A DNA stretch of 64,000 nt from NCBI GenBank assembly GCA_951406725.2, contig OX597814.1, forward strand, positions 137,206,001 through 137,270,000. The letters run 5' to 3'. Made by a program: the position numbers and the translations under genes. Of the stretch, positions 14,001-27,390 are shown piece after piece. The notes beneath the pieces are model-generated. The model was given only the letters and a program-made list of their open reading frames with translations. It ran no database searches and was not told where the DNA came from. The DNA comes from Octopus vulgaris (taxonomy: Eukaryota). Each line of letters starts with the position of its first letter. The stretch's first letter is position 1.

Positions 14001-16682
14001 TAGAGTTATCTCCTATAAGTTTCACTTTAGGTGTATACTTAAATGCCGAACCACAGATGTCAGGTTTCTAGCCAGAGGTGTTTTAGGTTAAGAAAAAAAA
14101 CATCTTTATATTGCAGAAGGTGTTTACAAGGTTCCTTATATTGTAGATTAATAAGCACCAGAGAAAGTTGAATACCCTATGAAGGTGCTTTTAGCATGAT
14201 TATTATTGGCAACATGTTCAATGAGAAATTCAGTATAGAAATAGATGTTCACCAGAGCTCTAGCCACTTTTTATGATTGTAGTCCTTGAGTTCAAAACTA
14301 CTTGAGATTAGTAGCTTTTAATATGCTGATGATCTAGTCATCATAGCATAATATGTTGAAATGTGACACAAAAAAGTTCCAATCCTAGACGCATGGTATA
14401 GAACCCACTGGTAGAAAGGTCAAGAAAGAAATGGCCAAAGTGTTAGCAAGAGAAACAGTGTGTGTGTATATATGAGTAGAAATTAACTACATTCATATGC
14501 AGAAAGTTAATAGATGAGAATCCAATACTGTATGTTGAGTGCAAGCAGTGAATACACAAAAAAGCAGTGGAATCTATGCAGACTTACAGAGAATCAAAAC
14601 ATCAAATAGGATATGAGCACAGGGGTAGTTAGTTGTGGGTATACCCAGGAACATAAGTTCATAAACTGCTCAAATTACTCTCTTAGTGTAATTACAGTTT
14701 CTGCTGTTTAGTGACAGTTTAATGACAGTTTCTGTTGTTTCTTCCAATAGAAGTCTAATTACTATTGGAAGTGGCTGCAGCAATATTAGAGTGGCTAGAG
14801 GAAAGAAGTAATAAAATAGAGGGAGCTATTACTTCTTATTTCTTTATTGCCCACAAGGGGCTAAACATAGAGGGGACAAACAAGTACAGACAAAGGGATT
14901 AAGTTGATTACATGGACCCCAGTGCATAACTGGTACTTAATTTATCGACCCCGAAAGGATGAAAGGCAAAGTCAACCTCGGCAGAATTTGAACTCAGAAC
15001 GTAAAGACAGACGAAATACCGCTAAGCATTTCACCCAGCGTGCTAACGTTTCTGCCAGTTCTGTTAGCAACAAGCATTTCCCTTTTTATATAAAAATTAG
15101 AATGAATGAAACATGCATAGGAAGTGTAAAACTACAAGATAATGAGTCATGGTTGCTGGAGAGAAATAAAGCATGCACGATTTGTTGAATATGTGTTGAA
15201 TGTTAACTTAGTTGAAAAAGGAGTACAAGTGCAGTAATGAAGATGCATGGCACTAAATGACATCAGCCAAAACATGAAGGTGAAGTAACTTGCTGGTGTT
15301 GAAATGTAATGTTTATGAATTATAAATGTTGGATGAAAAAATGATGTGTATTTCGGCATGTAAAAAGATAGAGGGAATTGTAGGATGAATTGGAGAAATC
15401 AGATCACAAGATGTTGTGTCTCACAGAAAAAATTTTTTTAAATGAGATGATTGGTGATATGGCAGTCCTGTGCAGCCTTTGCCATTTACAAAATTTTGCC
15501 CTTAAAATGTTGAGAATGCAAGCTAATGCACAGTCAGCCTTGTTTGTTTTTAAGCCTTGTTAAACCTTGTTATCACATATACATACATTCTATTGAACCC
15601 ATGTTTTAATAAAATGTAATCACATTATATTGTGTGTAACTATACATGCAAAATATACATATTTATATATTCTTTCTTGTATTTTCAGAACCCTTCTGTA
15701 GTATATTTGAAAAGCAATTTTGAATACCTGCGAGGCAGTTCACGTAAAGTAATAAAGATGCTGGGAACTGTACCCCAAAACACAGTCATCTCAGAGTCTG
15801 GGAATTGCTTGCCTGTCATGTATTACAATAACCTTGGCTGTATCCATTTCAACACACGGAAGCACCATCTGGGAGCATTTTACTTCCGTAAAGCAGTGGC
15901 AGAAAATGAAAGTGCTGTAAAAAATCTTAAAAAATCCTGTGATGATCCAGGTAAAGGAAATTTTTATACATACATAAACACAGGTGTGGCTGTGTGGTAA
16001 GAAGCTTGCTTCCCAATCACATGGTTCCGGGTTCAGTCCCACAGTATAGAACCTTGGACAAGTGTTTTCCACTGTAATGTTGGACCGACCATAGCCTTAT
16101 GAGTGGATTTGATAGGCGGAAACTGAAAAAAGCCTGTTCTTTATATATATATATATTTACATGTGTGTCTTTGTGTCAGTGTTTGTCTCCCACTACTGCT
16201 TGACAACTGATGTCGATGTATTTATGTCCCCATAACTTAGCAGTTCAGCAAAAGAGAATGATAGAATAAGTACCCAGCTTTAATAAAGTAAGTGCATTGG
16301 TTGTTTCATTTGACTAAAATTTCCTCAAGGCAGTGCTCCAGCATGGCTACAGTGTAATGACTAAACACAAGTAAAAGATGAAAAATAAGAGAAATAGTAT
16401 GTATATGCATACGTGTTGTTTCTTTTATCATACAGTCATAAAAATGCTCTATATTCACATTAGTAGTGCGGTAGTCTAATGCAGTAAGTAACAGTCTTAT
16501 AGCTAATGATTTTGAAATTTTAGTTGACACAGGCCCTCACACACACACAGAGGCACATAGGCACACAAAAGCACACACAAACACAAAAGGTACAATGTAG
16601 GAGAATATAGTATTAAATTATCAGTAATGATTCCGAAAGATACTATAAATTTATAATTTAACGTTATATTCTCATGTATGTA

Positions 16683-16713
<31 letters not shown>

Positions 16714-16781
16714 GAGTGTGTGTGTGCAGCACTATTTGTGTGACAGATTTTCTTTAGCCAGATACCCTTCTTGTTGCCATC

Positions 16782-16816
<35 letters not shown>

Positions 16817-18897
16817 ATATACTTCTTTCAGTTTCCATCTACAAATCCATCACTGAGTTTTGGTCAGCCCAGAGTTATAGTAGAAGACACTTATCCAACA
16901 TCACATGGTTGGGGAAGCAAACTTCTTAATTACACATGTCTAATCTTTAATCACCCACTACACTCTCGGAGTGGTTGGCGTTAGGAAGGGCATCCAGCTG
17001 TAGAAACACTGCCAGATCTGACTGGCCTGGTGGGTGCAGCCTTCGGGCTCCCCAGACCCCAGTTGAACCGTCCAACCCATGCTAGCATGGAAAGCGGACG
17101 TTAAATGATGATGATGATGATATGATGATGATGATGATTGATATTGAGTCAACATTTTATACATTTTTAAGAAAAGTCTTTGGATCAATTAAAACCCCCA
17201 AAAAAAAACCTCATGAGTATGGAAGCTTGTTTCTAAACTTTTATTGTAATTACATTATTACAATTACATAACAGACAGTCACTAAATCTCCATCAAATTA
17301 TATACCTTACTGTCTTAAAAAAGCAGGATACATTGGATAATGTAGTCCTTGATATAAAAAAATACAGGATAGTTACAACTGGAATGCCTTGCATCACCGA
17401 CCTGCTTGATGAGGGTGTCATTTACACAAAATTTCAGAGAAGCTCCAACTTATATGAAACTTATCATTATCATCATCATTTAGCATCTCCATTCCATGGG
17501 ACTGGTAAGCTGGAGAGCTGCACCAGGTTCCAGTCTGATATAACATGGTTTCTACATCTGGATGCCCTTCCTAATGCCCATTACACTCCAAAAGTGTAAT
17601 GGGTGCTTTTATGTGCCACTGATGTGGGTGCTTTTGCATACCACTGACACGGATGCTAGTTACTTGACCCCAGCATTGGGCATGCCTATGATTTCACTTG
17701 GCTTGACAAGTCTTCTCAAGCACAGCATATTGCCAAAGGGGTCGGTCACTTTGGTGAAAATAAGTTTCTACTGTAACCCACTTCTGCTCCTTCATTACTT
17801 CAGACTACTTCACTCTGGCTGTTTATTAACTCTTTAAGAAATGTATGAATGAATCATAATTTATTAGAATTAGGCAATTACATTTTCTAGCTATCTATAT
17901 TTCTATTCTTTATGGCTTATTTGTGTTTTTCAGCAAAATGTGGTGCTCCTCTTCAAACTGTTGGAATGAGTCGGCATCATGAACTGTTGTATAACATGGG
18001 CGTTCAGCTATTACATTGCGGAATGCCTCAAGCTGCATTTGATTGTTTAATTCAAGCTGTCCAAGTTTACCAGATCAATCCACGGCTTTGGTTACGTCTT
18101 GCTGAGTGTTGTATAATGAATTACCGAGAGGTATAAACTTTAAAATGAACTTATCTACTATTTTCCTTTTGCTCTCTCTTTCCCTTCTCTCGTTCTTTTA
18201 AAGATTTTTGGTTTTTGTCAGAAGGCAACTTCAGTACAGAAACCAGTTTTGATTCTTAGATGGTGTTCTTTCAATTGTAACATCTTCTGTTTTCCTAGTC
18301 TTAAAAATCTCAGGCTTTATTCTTAACAAACCTTTGTTGTCAGTGGCATCATCATTGTTGTCCTTATCATTATTATTAATCTCCAAGCAACCTGGCCATA
18401 ATAAGAATCAGCTGTGTAAATCTATGCAATGAAGCTATCAGCTTGGAGGCAAGGTCATTTGTTTGGTCATTTCAGGTCACAAGGTAATAGATGTGATAAC
18501 AATCAACAAGACCAAGATTTCTGGAATGCATACTGTCATAACCATCCTCAACAACTACAAAGTGCTCACCTTTCTTTGTTGGTCCAGATCAAATGGTAGA
18601 GTGGTACTATTTAGGAAATGTTTGGATCTCATGATGCAGATGATGCTAGATTTGGCAAACACATACACTGCTTATGATATATACTACTATCTCCCCTTTT
18701 TGTCTAAGTTCTTATCTGACCAGATTAGTGTGTCAGCCCTTTCAATTTTTGTGAAGGATAGTATCCATCCTTTATGTGGAGAGCTCAGTATGCAGTGTCC
18801 GATAATGTACAGGCATGTGCTGAGTCTGTTCTGAAGGACTTTCAGCCCAGGGACTATGGGTAATTTCCAGAAATCCCTAGCCTGGTAGTGCTGCTAG

Positions 18898-18928
<31 letters not shown>

Positions 18929-21900
18929 GTTTAACGTCCACTTTCCATGCTGGCATGGGTTGGACGGTTTGACTGAGGGCTGGCTGCACCAGGCTCCAAT
19001 CTGATCTGGCAAAGTTTCTACAGCTGGATGCCCTTCCTAACACAACTCCAAGAGTGTAGTGGGTGCTTTTACATGCCACTGGTACAAGAGCCAGTCAGGC
19101 AGTACTGGCATCAGCCACGCTCAAATGGTGCTTTTTATGTGTCACTGGCACAGGAGCCAGTCAGGTGACGCTGGCAACAATCATGCTTGAATGGTGCTTT
19201 TTACGCACCACCAGCACGGGAGCCAGTCAGCACCCCTGGCAATGATCACATTCGAATGGTGCTTTTAACGTTCCACTGGCATTGGTGCCAATCAGGCAGT
19301 ACTGTCATTAGCCACAACAACGATTTCACTTGCCTCAACAGGTCTTTGCAAGTGTAATTTATTGTCCAATGATTGAAGGGTACTCTTAAATGGGCTGGTT
19401 ATACAGCACTGGCATAGGCCACTGTTATGGTCTCACTTGGCTTGCTGGGTCTTCTCAAGCACAGCATATCTCCAAAGGTCTCAGTCATTTGTCATTACTT
19501 TGGTGAGGCCCAGTGTTCAATGGTCGTGCTTCGCCACCTCATCCCAGGTCTTCCTGGGTCTAACTCTTCCACAGGTTCCCTCAACTGCTAGGGTGTGACA
19601 CTTTTTCACACAGCTGTCCTCATCCATTCGCAACACATGACCATACCAACACAGTCGTCTCTCTTACACACCACATCTGATGCTTCTTAAGTCCAGCTTT
19701 TCTGTCAGGGTGCTTACACTGTTGTATATGCACACTGACATTACACATCCGGTGCAGCATACTGGCTTCATTCCTTGCAAGCTTATACATGTCCGCAGAA
19801 GTCACGGCCCATGTTTCACTGCCATGTAGCATGGCTGTTCGCATACATGCGCCATGCAGTCTACCTTTTACTCTAAATGAGAAGCCCTTTGTCACTAGCA
19901 GAGGTAGGAGCTCTCTGAACTTTTCTCAGGCTATTCTTATTATAGCAGCTACACTTTCAGAGCATCCACCCCTGCTACTGATTTGGTCATCTAGGTAACA
20001 GAAGCTGTTCTCTGCACATTTTCAGTGTTTATTGCTCCTGAGCATTTGCCACACACAAAACTATCTTCCCAGTTAGCCTTCCTTTGATATTGCTGCACCT
20101 CTTATGTGTCCATAGTTTACACTGGGTACATCTTATATTTTGTACCTATGCCTTTTCTACAGATCAAGCAGGGCCATCTACCTGAATGGATTTGTGGTTT
20201 GTCAGCCTTCCTACATATTAAGACTTTGGTTTTTGCTAGGTTGACTCTAAGGCCCTTCGATTCTAATCCTTGCTTCCACACTTGAAACTTCTCTAGTTCT
20301 GATAGTGATTCAGCTATTACAGCAAGGTCATCAGCATAGAGAAGCTCCCAGGGGCGTCCTGTCTTGAATTCCTCTGTTATTGCCTGGAGGACTATGATGA
20401 ATAAGAGGGGATTGAGAACTGATCCTCAAGATGAAATCATAGGCTCTGAAGTACTGTCAACTGTGCTTATTGAAGATGAGAATAGAGGAGCAAAGCCATT
20501 CTGTATGCACTTTGAGTATTGCTTGTAAGAATTTACACTTTGATTTACTGAAAACATCATTTTTGATCATTTGCAGAGCAATGAAGATGATAAAAAATTA
20601 AAAAGGCGTATGGAAGTTATCCAGGGGTCAGTTGCCAGTGGTGTTCATCGAAAACTTATCTTAGGGTCAACTACCAAACATGTAGCTCCAAGGTTTGTGA
20701 TTTACTTTCTTTTTAGGAATTTTGACATTTTTCATGACAGATGAAATCAATATTGTTCTGGAAAAAACATTGCATAATTATGTCTTTGTTTTTTTTTTTT
20801 TTAATTCTTTTTAGTCATAATCCAGCAATTCCAGCACCATCTCTAGAATTTGCTGCCCTGTGTTTGCGAAATGCTTTGTTATTACTTCCAGAACATCCTC
20901 ATCAGTCTGAAGTCAATGAAGAACATGCTGAAGCAAAGTAAGGCATTTGATGTAACTGATTTGTTGTAATAAATAGTAATGTTGTTCCTTCCACTTGCAA
21001 TCTCTGTATAAGGTTTGTTGTTCTTAAATCAAAGACTATAACCTATAACCCTTTTTTAAAATCTTCATTTTTCAGAACTATTATTTTTTTTTACATAAAT
21101 TATTGTTATTTATTCAATTATTTATTTAATTTTTGTTGATGTTCTACAACTTAGTCTACAATTTATTTTTCATTGTGTGTATTTATCTTGACTACTAACA
21201 ATTTTTTTTCCACATGTGAACTGTCCTTCTCTGGTAATTACACACTTTTGATGACAGAAGACAGCCATATATAGCTAATTTACCTGACTATGACTAGACC
21301 TGTAATCAAGAAAAATTGCATATGTAATCTATATGAAATTAAGATTTAATTAACTTTTATTGTAATTTATTATAAAAAAGCTAAATGTCATTAATTTTAA
21401 TATCATGGTCATTTTTGTATCTATCTTTTCAGCAAGTCTGATATATTCCTTGTACCAGCCCCACCTAGTAATCCTATGCGTGCAGCAGAAGTGAGCAATC
21501 TCCGGTATGTGTATCTATATTCATATTATAGAACTAGTGTGACACTGTGTTAAATAGAATGGCTGGTTGCCATGTGAATGAATATAGAAAAACAAATATT
21601 TCAACATGCTTATCTCCTTGCTTCATACATATAAACCTACTCATATAATTGTATCCATATTGTGTGTCTACAAAATACAAGAGTAAGGCAGCAAACAAAG
21701 AGGACAGAAGAGAAGCAGCTAATAAAGCAGGGAACAAATTGTATGACATAAAAATAGTAAAGAACATGTAAGGTAGTGACATGTTAACTGCCTTGTCATT
21801 GTAATAAATAGAAAATAAAATATGACTAATAAGATGGGGAAAGGGGAGTGTTGACTAATAAGATGGGGAAAGGGGAGTGTAAAAGCTGATAGCGAGAACA

Positions 21901-24384
21901 AGTAGAGAAATAATATATGGCAACTTGTGACTATTCTGGCTCTTCCGTAAAACTGTAATAGAGTTTGATATGAATGACATTGTGTAGAATAATATTATTT
22001 ATACTCAAAAAAATATATATTACATTTGGTGAGGCAATGAAAATGTTACTGAAATAAGGGATATAGTGACTTCCGAGCCCTTGTTAGTTCTGCTAACTAC
22101 GAAATTGTTGCAAAATTTAATTTTGTTTCCTTGTTTCAGGTGTTCAATTCTGACTGCTAGTGCCTATGTATCTCTGTGTCTCAACGACCATCTTATTGCT
22201 CTAAATTACACCAACAGTTTACTTTCCCAACCACGTCTTTCTGGAGCACAAAGGTAACTTCCATTCATTTCTTTGGTTTCTAAATTAATACTAACATCAT
22301 TGTAATTCACTTTGATTTTGAGAAAAAAAAATTTACTTGATTACTCAGTTAATTTGCTTTGTTCCATGATATTCTGAAAATATAGCTCAGTAAATTAAAG
22401 GGAATTATAGAGGAGATGGTGGTATCCTAGATTGCTGAGATTGATCAATGACAAAGAGGGAGATATCATTACCATGTCTTAAGGTTTTCAGATTAATTGA
22501 CGGAGAATAAGAGTCAAGGCTGAATAGTTATTATCATGAAAAAAGAAGTGTTCAATGAATACAACATACCTTTTTGGATTTGCATTTCTTTTTCCTAATT
22601 TGGTTGTTATGAAACACCCACTTGTTTGAGTTGTTTGAGCATCAATTAGAATTCCTTGCAGAGCTTATTCTAACACTGAGCTCTAAGTTAAAATCTTGCT
22701 GAAGTCAATTTTGTCTTTCATCCTTATGAGATCAAGAAATAAAAGTACCAGTCAGATGTTGGGTGTGTGTGTGTGTGTGTGTAGAAGTGGTGGGGGGGTT
22801 CTTAATTTCTCCCTCTTTCTCTCTCTCAGAATCCAATATGTTATTCTGTGAGAAAGATCACAGCACCATACACAGCATCCTTTCATACAGAAATGAGGAA
22901 GGATTGAATAACCATTTCTCACCAAAAAAACTGATATGCTACTAGAAATATGCAGTGATGGCCCAATTTACTGTACAGAATAGAACAGAAATTAAGAAAA
23001 CAAAAACAACACACCTGACTGAAAATTACAGATGAATATTAGTAACTTACTGCTTCCTATAATTCTCTACTTACTTAGGAATAGTAACAATTATCATATA
23101 CTGGAGGACAAAAGGATATAGCAATATGCAGTGTTGGGGTTATCTCCCTGAAAGATGTTTTTCACTGGGACTGTTAGATAGACATTGATGCTTTTTGAAT
23201 AGAGTTGGTACAGCTATAGAGTATGAAAGCAAAAATGATACTGTCTGATCTATAAGCTTATAATAGAATAGACTCAGTTTAAGATTTAAGGTGCAGACAT
23301 GGCTGTCTGGTTAAGAAGTTTGCTTCTCAGCCACATAATTTCAGGTTCAGTCCTTATTGTATGACATTTTGGGCAAGTGCAACAATAGCACCAAGCCAAC
23401 CAAAACCTTGTGAGTGGATTTGTTAGGAACTGAAAGAATCTCATCATGTGTGTGTTTGTGTCTCTTTGTCTTGATGTCATAAAAAAAATTGGAAACAGGT
23501 GAGGGTTGGTAACAACAATGGCATCCAGCCATAAAAAGCAATGATAATGATTCCTGTCAATGCTTTTGTCATATGTCATTGTAAAAACACTTAACTTACC
23601 AAAGTCAACCTAGTAGGCAACTTTCATTTCACAAGGTAAAAGACAGGTAACAGTCTTGCTAATTATTATTTTATGTCAAGTCAGTATTTATTTGAAAATG
23701 AGTAAATATAAGCAGAGTAGTTTCAGCAATACTTGAAAATTTGGGGCTATTTAAGGCCATCCAACCTAGGCAAGTATGAAAAATTGAATGTGTGATCATT
23801 TGAAAGAAATGAGTAAAATAATTTGTTTAATATTCTGTATTGTCTTACAGGTACCTTGCACACTTATATGCATCTGAAGCATTGGTACATCTAGACAGAA
23901 TAGCTGATGCCATCCAACATCTGAATCCAGAGTACAGTAAGGATGTCAGTGTTTGTTCACAGGAACAGAAATCGGACCAAGGTATGATCTTTTTTCCTCT
24001 TGAATACTTTCTGCATATGTCTCAGGCATATATATATGTCACTTCATTTAGATTGTCATCAGAGATTGGAAATAATGAATAGCTATAACTCATTTTCATG
24101 AGAATAGATTTCACTTCTGTATCATAAATATTAAGTTGTAAGAAGGCTATTTGTAAAATGTTCGAGAAAACTGTTGTTACAAATTTGAATTTGTAAATGA
24201 AAATATATACAAGACATCCTACCCACCATTAGTAATATGAAGAAACAGAGGTAACACAACAAATTCTATCAGTCTCTTTTGCCGAACTACTAAGTTACAG
24301 GGACATAAATGCACCAACGCCAGTTGTTAAGTAGTGATGGGGGAACAAACACAGGCATAAAGACACACACACACACACACACAG

Positions 24385-24416
<32 letters not shown>

Positions 24417-26479
24417 GTGACAGGCTTCTTTCTGTTTCCATCTACCAAACCCACTCACAAGGATATATTACCCGTGGCACGTAAAAGGGCACCATTCGAG
24501 CGTGACCGTTACCAACGTCGCTTCACTGGCACCTGTGCCGGTGGCATGTGTAAAAAGATTCGAGCGAGGTCATTGCCAGTACCGCCTGACTGGCCCCCGT
24601 GCCGGTGGCACGTAAAAAGCACCCACTACACTCGGAGTGGTTGGCATTAGGAAGGGCGCCCAGCTGTAGAAACTCTGCCAGATCAAGATTGGAGCCTGGT
24701 GCAGCCATCTGGCTCGCCAGCCCTCAGTCAAAATCGTCCAGCCCATGCTAGCATGGAAAGCAGACATTAAATGATGATGATGATGAATATGTTGTGTGTA
24801 CTGTTAGATGTACGACTGCTACTGTTTGAGTTTGGAGCTCCATGTACATTCAGTCTGCCTTTAGTATATTGCTTAGGTTACTACTATATTTAGTAATATA
24901 ACTGTTCGTTCTGTACATAGATAATGTAGAAAGAATTATGATAAACACTAGTTAGACATTTGATCTCAGTAATATAATGCAATAAATCTGTTCCTCTGCT
25001 GATTCATTGTGGTTAAAGCATCCAACTACTCTTGGAACATCAAATGCCATGGTTCCAAATAACCACAATTTTGAAATGTGCATAGAGAACAAATGATACA
25101 AACTTGTGTTCATCATAATTTCTCATATATATGTATAAAGAGAGATAGATTAGATAGATAGGTAGATAGTTAGATTGATTGATTGATTGTTGCTCCCTCT
25201 TGAAGCAACACAGAATGTTTTGAAGCATACAAAGTAATCTATTTTTCCATATGGAGTTCTATAATTTACATTTACTCCATATAATTAATCTCATTATCAA
25301 CTGGTAATGTTGTGTATAACCTGACCAGTGTTATTTACTTTAATAGATAAAAATGACAAAGTGGATAAAAGTGACCGTGATCTGGCAGACACTACTGAGA
25401 CTAAAGGTAAGACCTGTTTTTGCCTTTTTATTTTCCCTTTGGATACCCACAAACCTGAGACTGCCTCTGGTTGTTGGATACAAAAACCACCTGGTTCAAA
25501 GTGTTTGTATTTTAATTTAAACATTTATCTTTTACTTGTTCCTGTCTCTAGACTGCAGCCATGCAGAGGCACTGCCTTGAAGGGTTTTGCTGAGCAAATC
25601 AACCCCAGTACTTACTTTTAGGCCTGATATTTATTGTATGGGTCTCTTTTTACCAAACTGCTAAGTTAAGGGAACATAAACAAACCAACACAAGACACAC
25701 ACAGACATAGCTATATCCATACATATATTATAGTCACGGACATGAAGTTTGCTTCCCCTACCCAATCACATGGTTCTGTGTTCAGTCCCACTGCTTGACA
25801 CCTCAAACAAGTGTCTTCTACTATAGCCTCAGGCTGATCAAAGCTTGTGAGTAGATTTAGTAGCCAGAAACTGAAAGAAGCTTATCATATATATGTGTGT
25901 GTGTCTTTGTGTCTGTGTTTGTTCCTCCCCACCACTTGACAACCGTTGTTGGTGTGTTTATATCTCCTGTATCTTAGCAGTTCAACAAAAGAGACTGATA
26001 GAATATGTACTGGCATTGATTCATTTGATTAAAATTCTTCAAGGCAGTGTCCCAGCATGACTGCAGTCTAATGAGTGAAATAAATAAAAGATGAAAGATG
26101 AGAGTACATGTTTAGATATACAATGGGTTTCTTTCAGTCTCCATCTACTAAATCCAGTCACAAGGCTTTGGTTGGCCTGAGGCTATAGTGGAAGATACTT
26201 GTCCAAAGTACTGCACTGTGGGCCTGAACCAAGATTACATGGTTAGAAAGCAAGCTTCTTACCACACAACCACACCTACTCTTTTACTTGTTTCAGTCAT
26301 TTGACTGTGGCCATGCTGGAGCACCGCCTTTAGTCAAGCAAATCGACTCCAGGACTTATTCTTTGTAAGCCTAGTACTTATTCTATTGGTCTCTTTTGCC
26401 GAACCGCTAAATTACGGGGACGTAAACACACCACCATCGGTTGTCAAGCGATATTGGGGGGACAAACACAGACACACAA

Positions 26480-26527
<48 letters not shown>

Positions 26528-27358
26528 GACGGGCTTCTTTCAGTTTCCGTCTACCAAATCCACTCACAAGGCTTTGGTCAGCCCGAGGCTATAGCAGAAG
26601 ACACTTGCCCAAGGTGCCACGCAGTGGGACTGAACCCAGAACCATGTGGTTGGTAAGCAAGCTACTTACCACACAGCCACTCCTATGCCTGTGCAATTTT
26701 TTTTATAAGAAGCTTCTGTTATAATCCAAACATCAACTTAATAACCCTAATTCATGCAAAAGTTAGTTTACTAAATCCCTCAAAATTCTTCAGTATTTTA
26801 AATATTAATTGAAACAGCAATTTATTATGTAAGAAATATGGTTACAAAAGGATCAAACCCACCTACACTCTATATGTGTATTATGTATTAATTATCATAA
26901 CATCTTTTACAGGAGCCTTAGTATCATGGATGCCTGCAAAACCACAGAAAGCTCAAGCTGTGTTGTTGTACAACCTTGCGGCAACATTAGCTATTAGTGG
27001 GGAATATAGCAAAGCTCTAAAACACCTAGGAGAGGTAAACATATATTCTTAGATTTATTTGAATTTTTCTTTCTTTTCTTTTTTTTTCTTTTTGGCAATG
27101 CAAGTTAGGAGAGTTTAATCCTCTGCCTGTTCAAAGCATTTTTATAAGTTTGTCCTAAACGTCCATGCTTCCCATGACTTTCGGAAACATTTTTTCACGC
27201 TCAGAGTTGCTGAAGCATGGAATAAACTGCCTGCATCAGTTGTTGACTGCCATGACACTGCATCCTTTAAGGCCCTCATGCTTTCCGAAATCCGCCGAAA
27301 CTACACCTGATTATATATACACTTTAGATGAGTTGTAGTGCACCTGAGCACTGTACAC

Positions 27359-27390
<32 letters not shown>

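Noticed and set aside
26386-26724. ORFs of 70-140 aa overlapping SINEs (also 5424-5777, 24309-24650, 32570-32848, 34497-34925)
   Set aside because: They translate multicopy SINE or microsatellite sequence and have no splice context.
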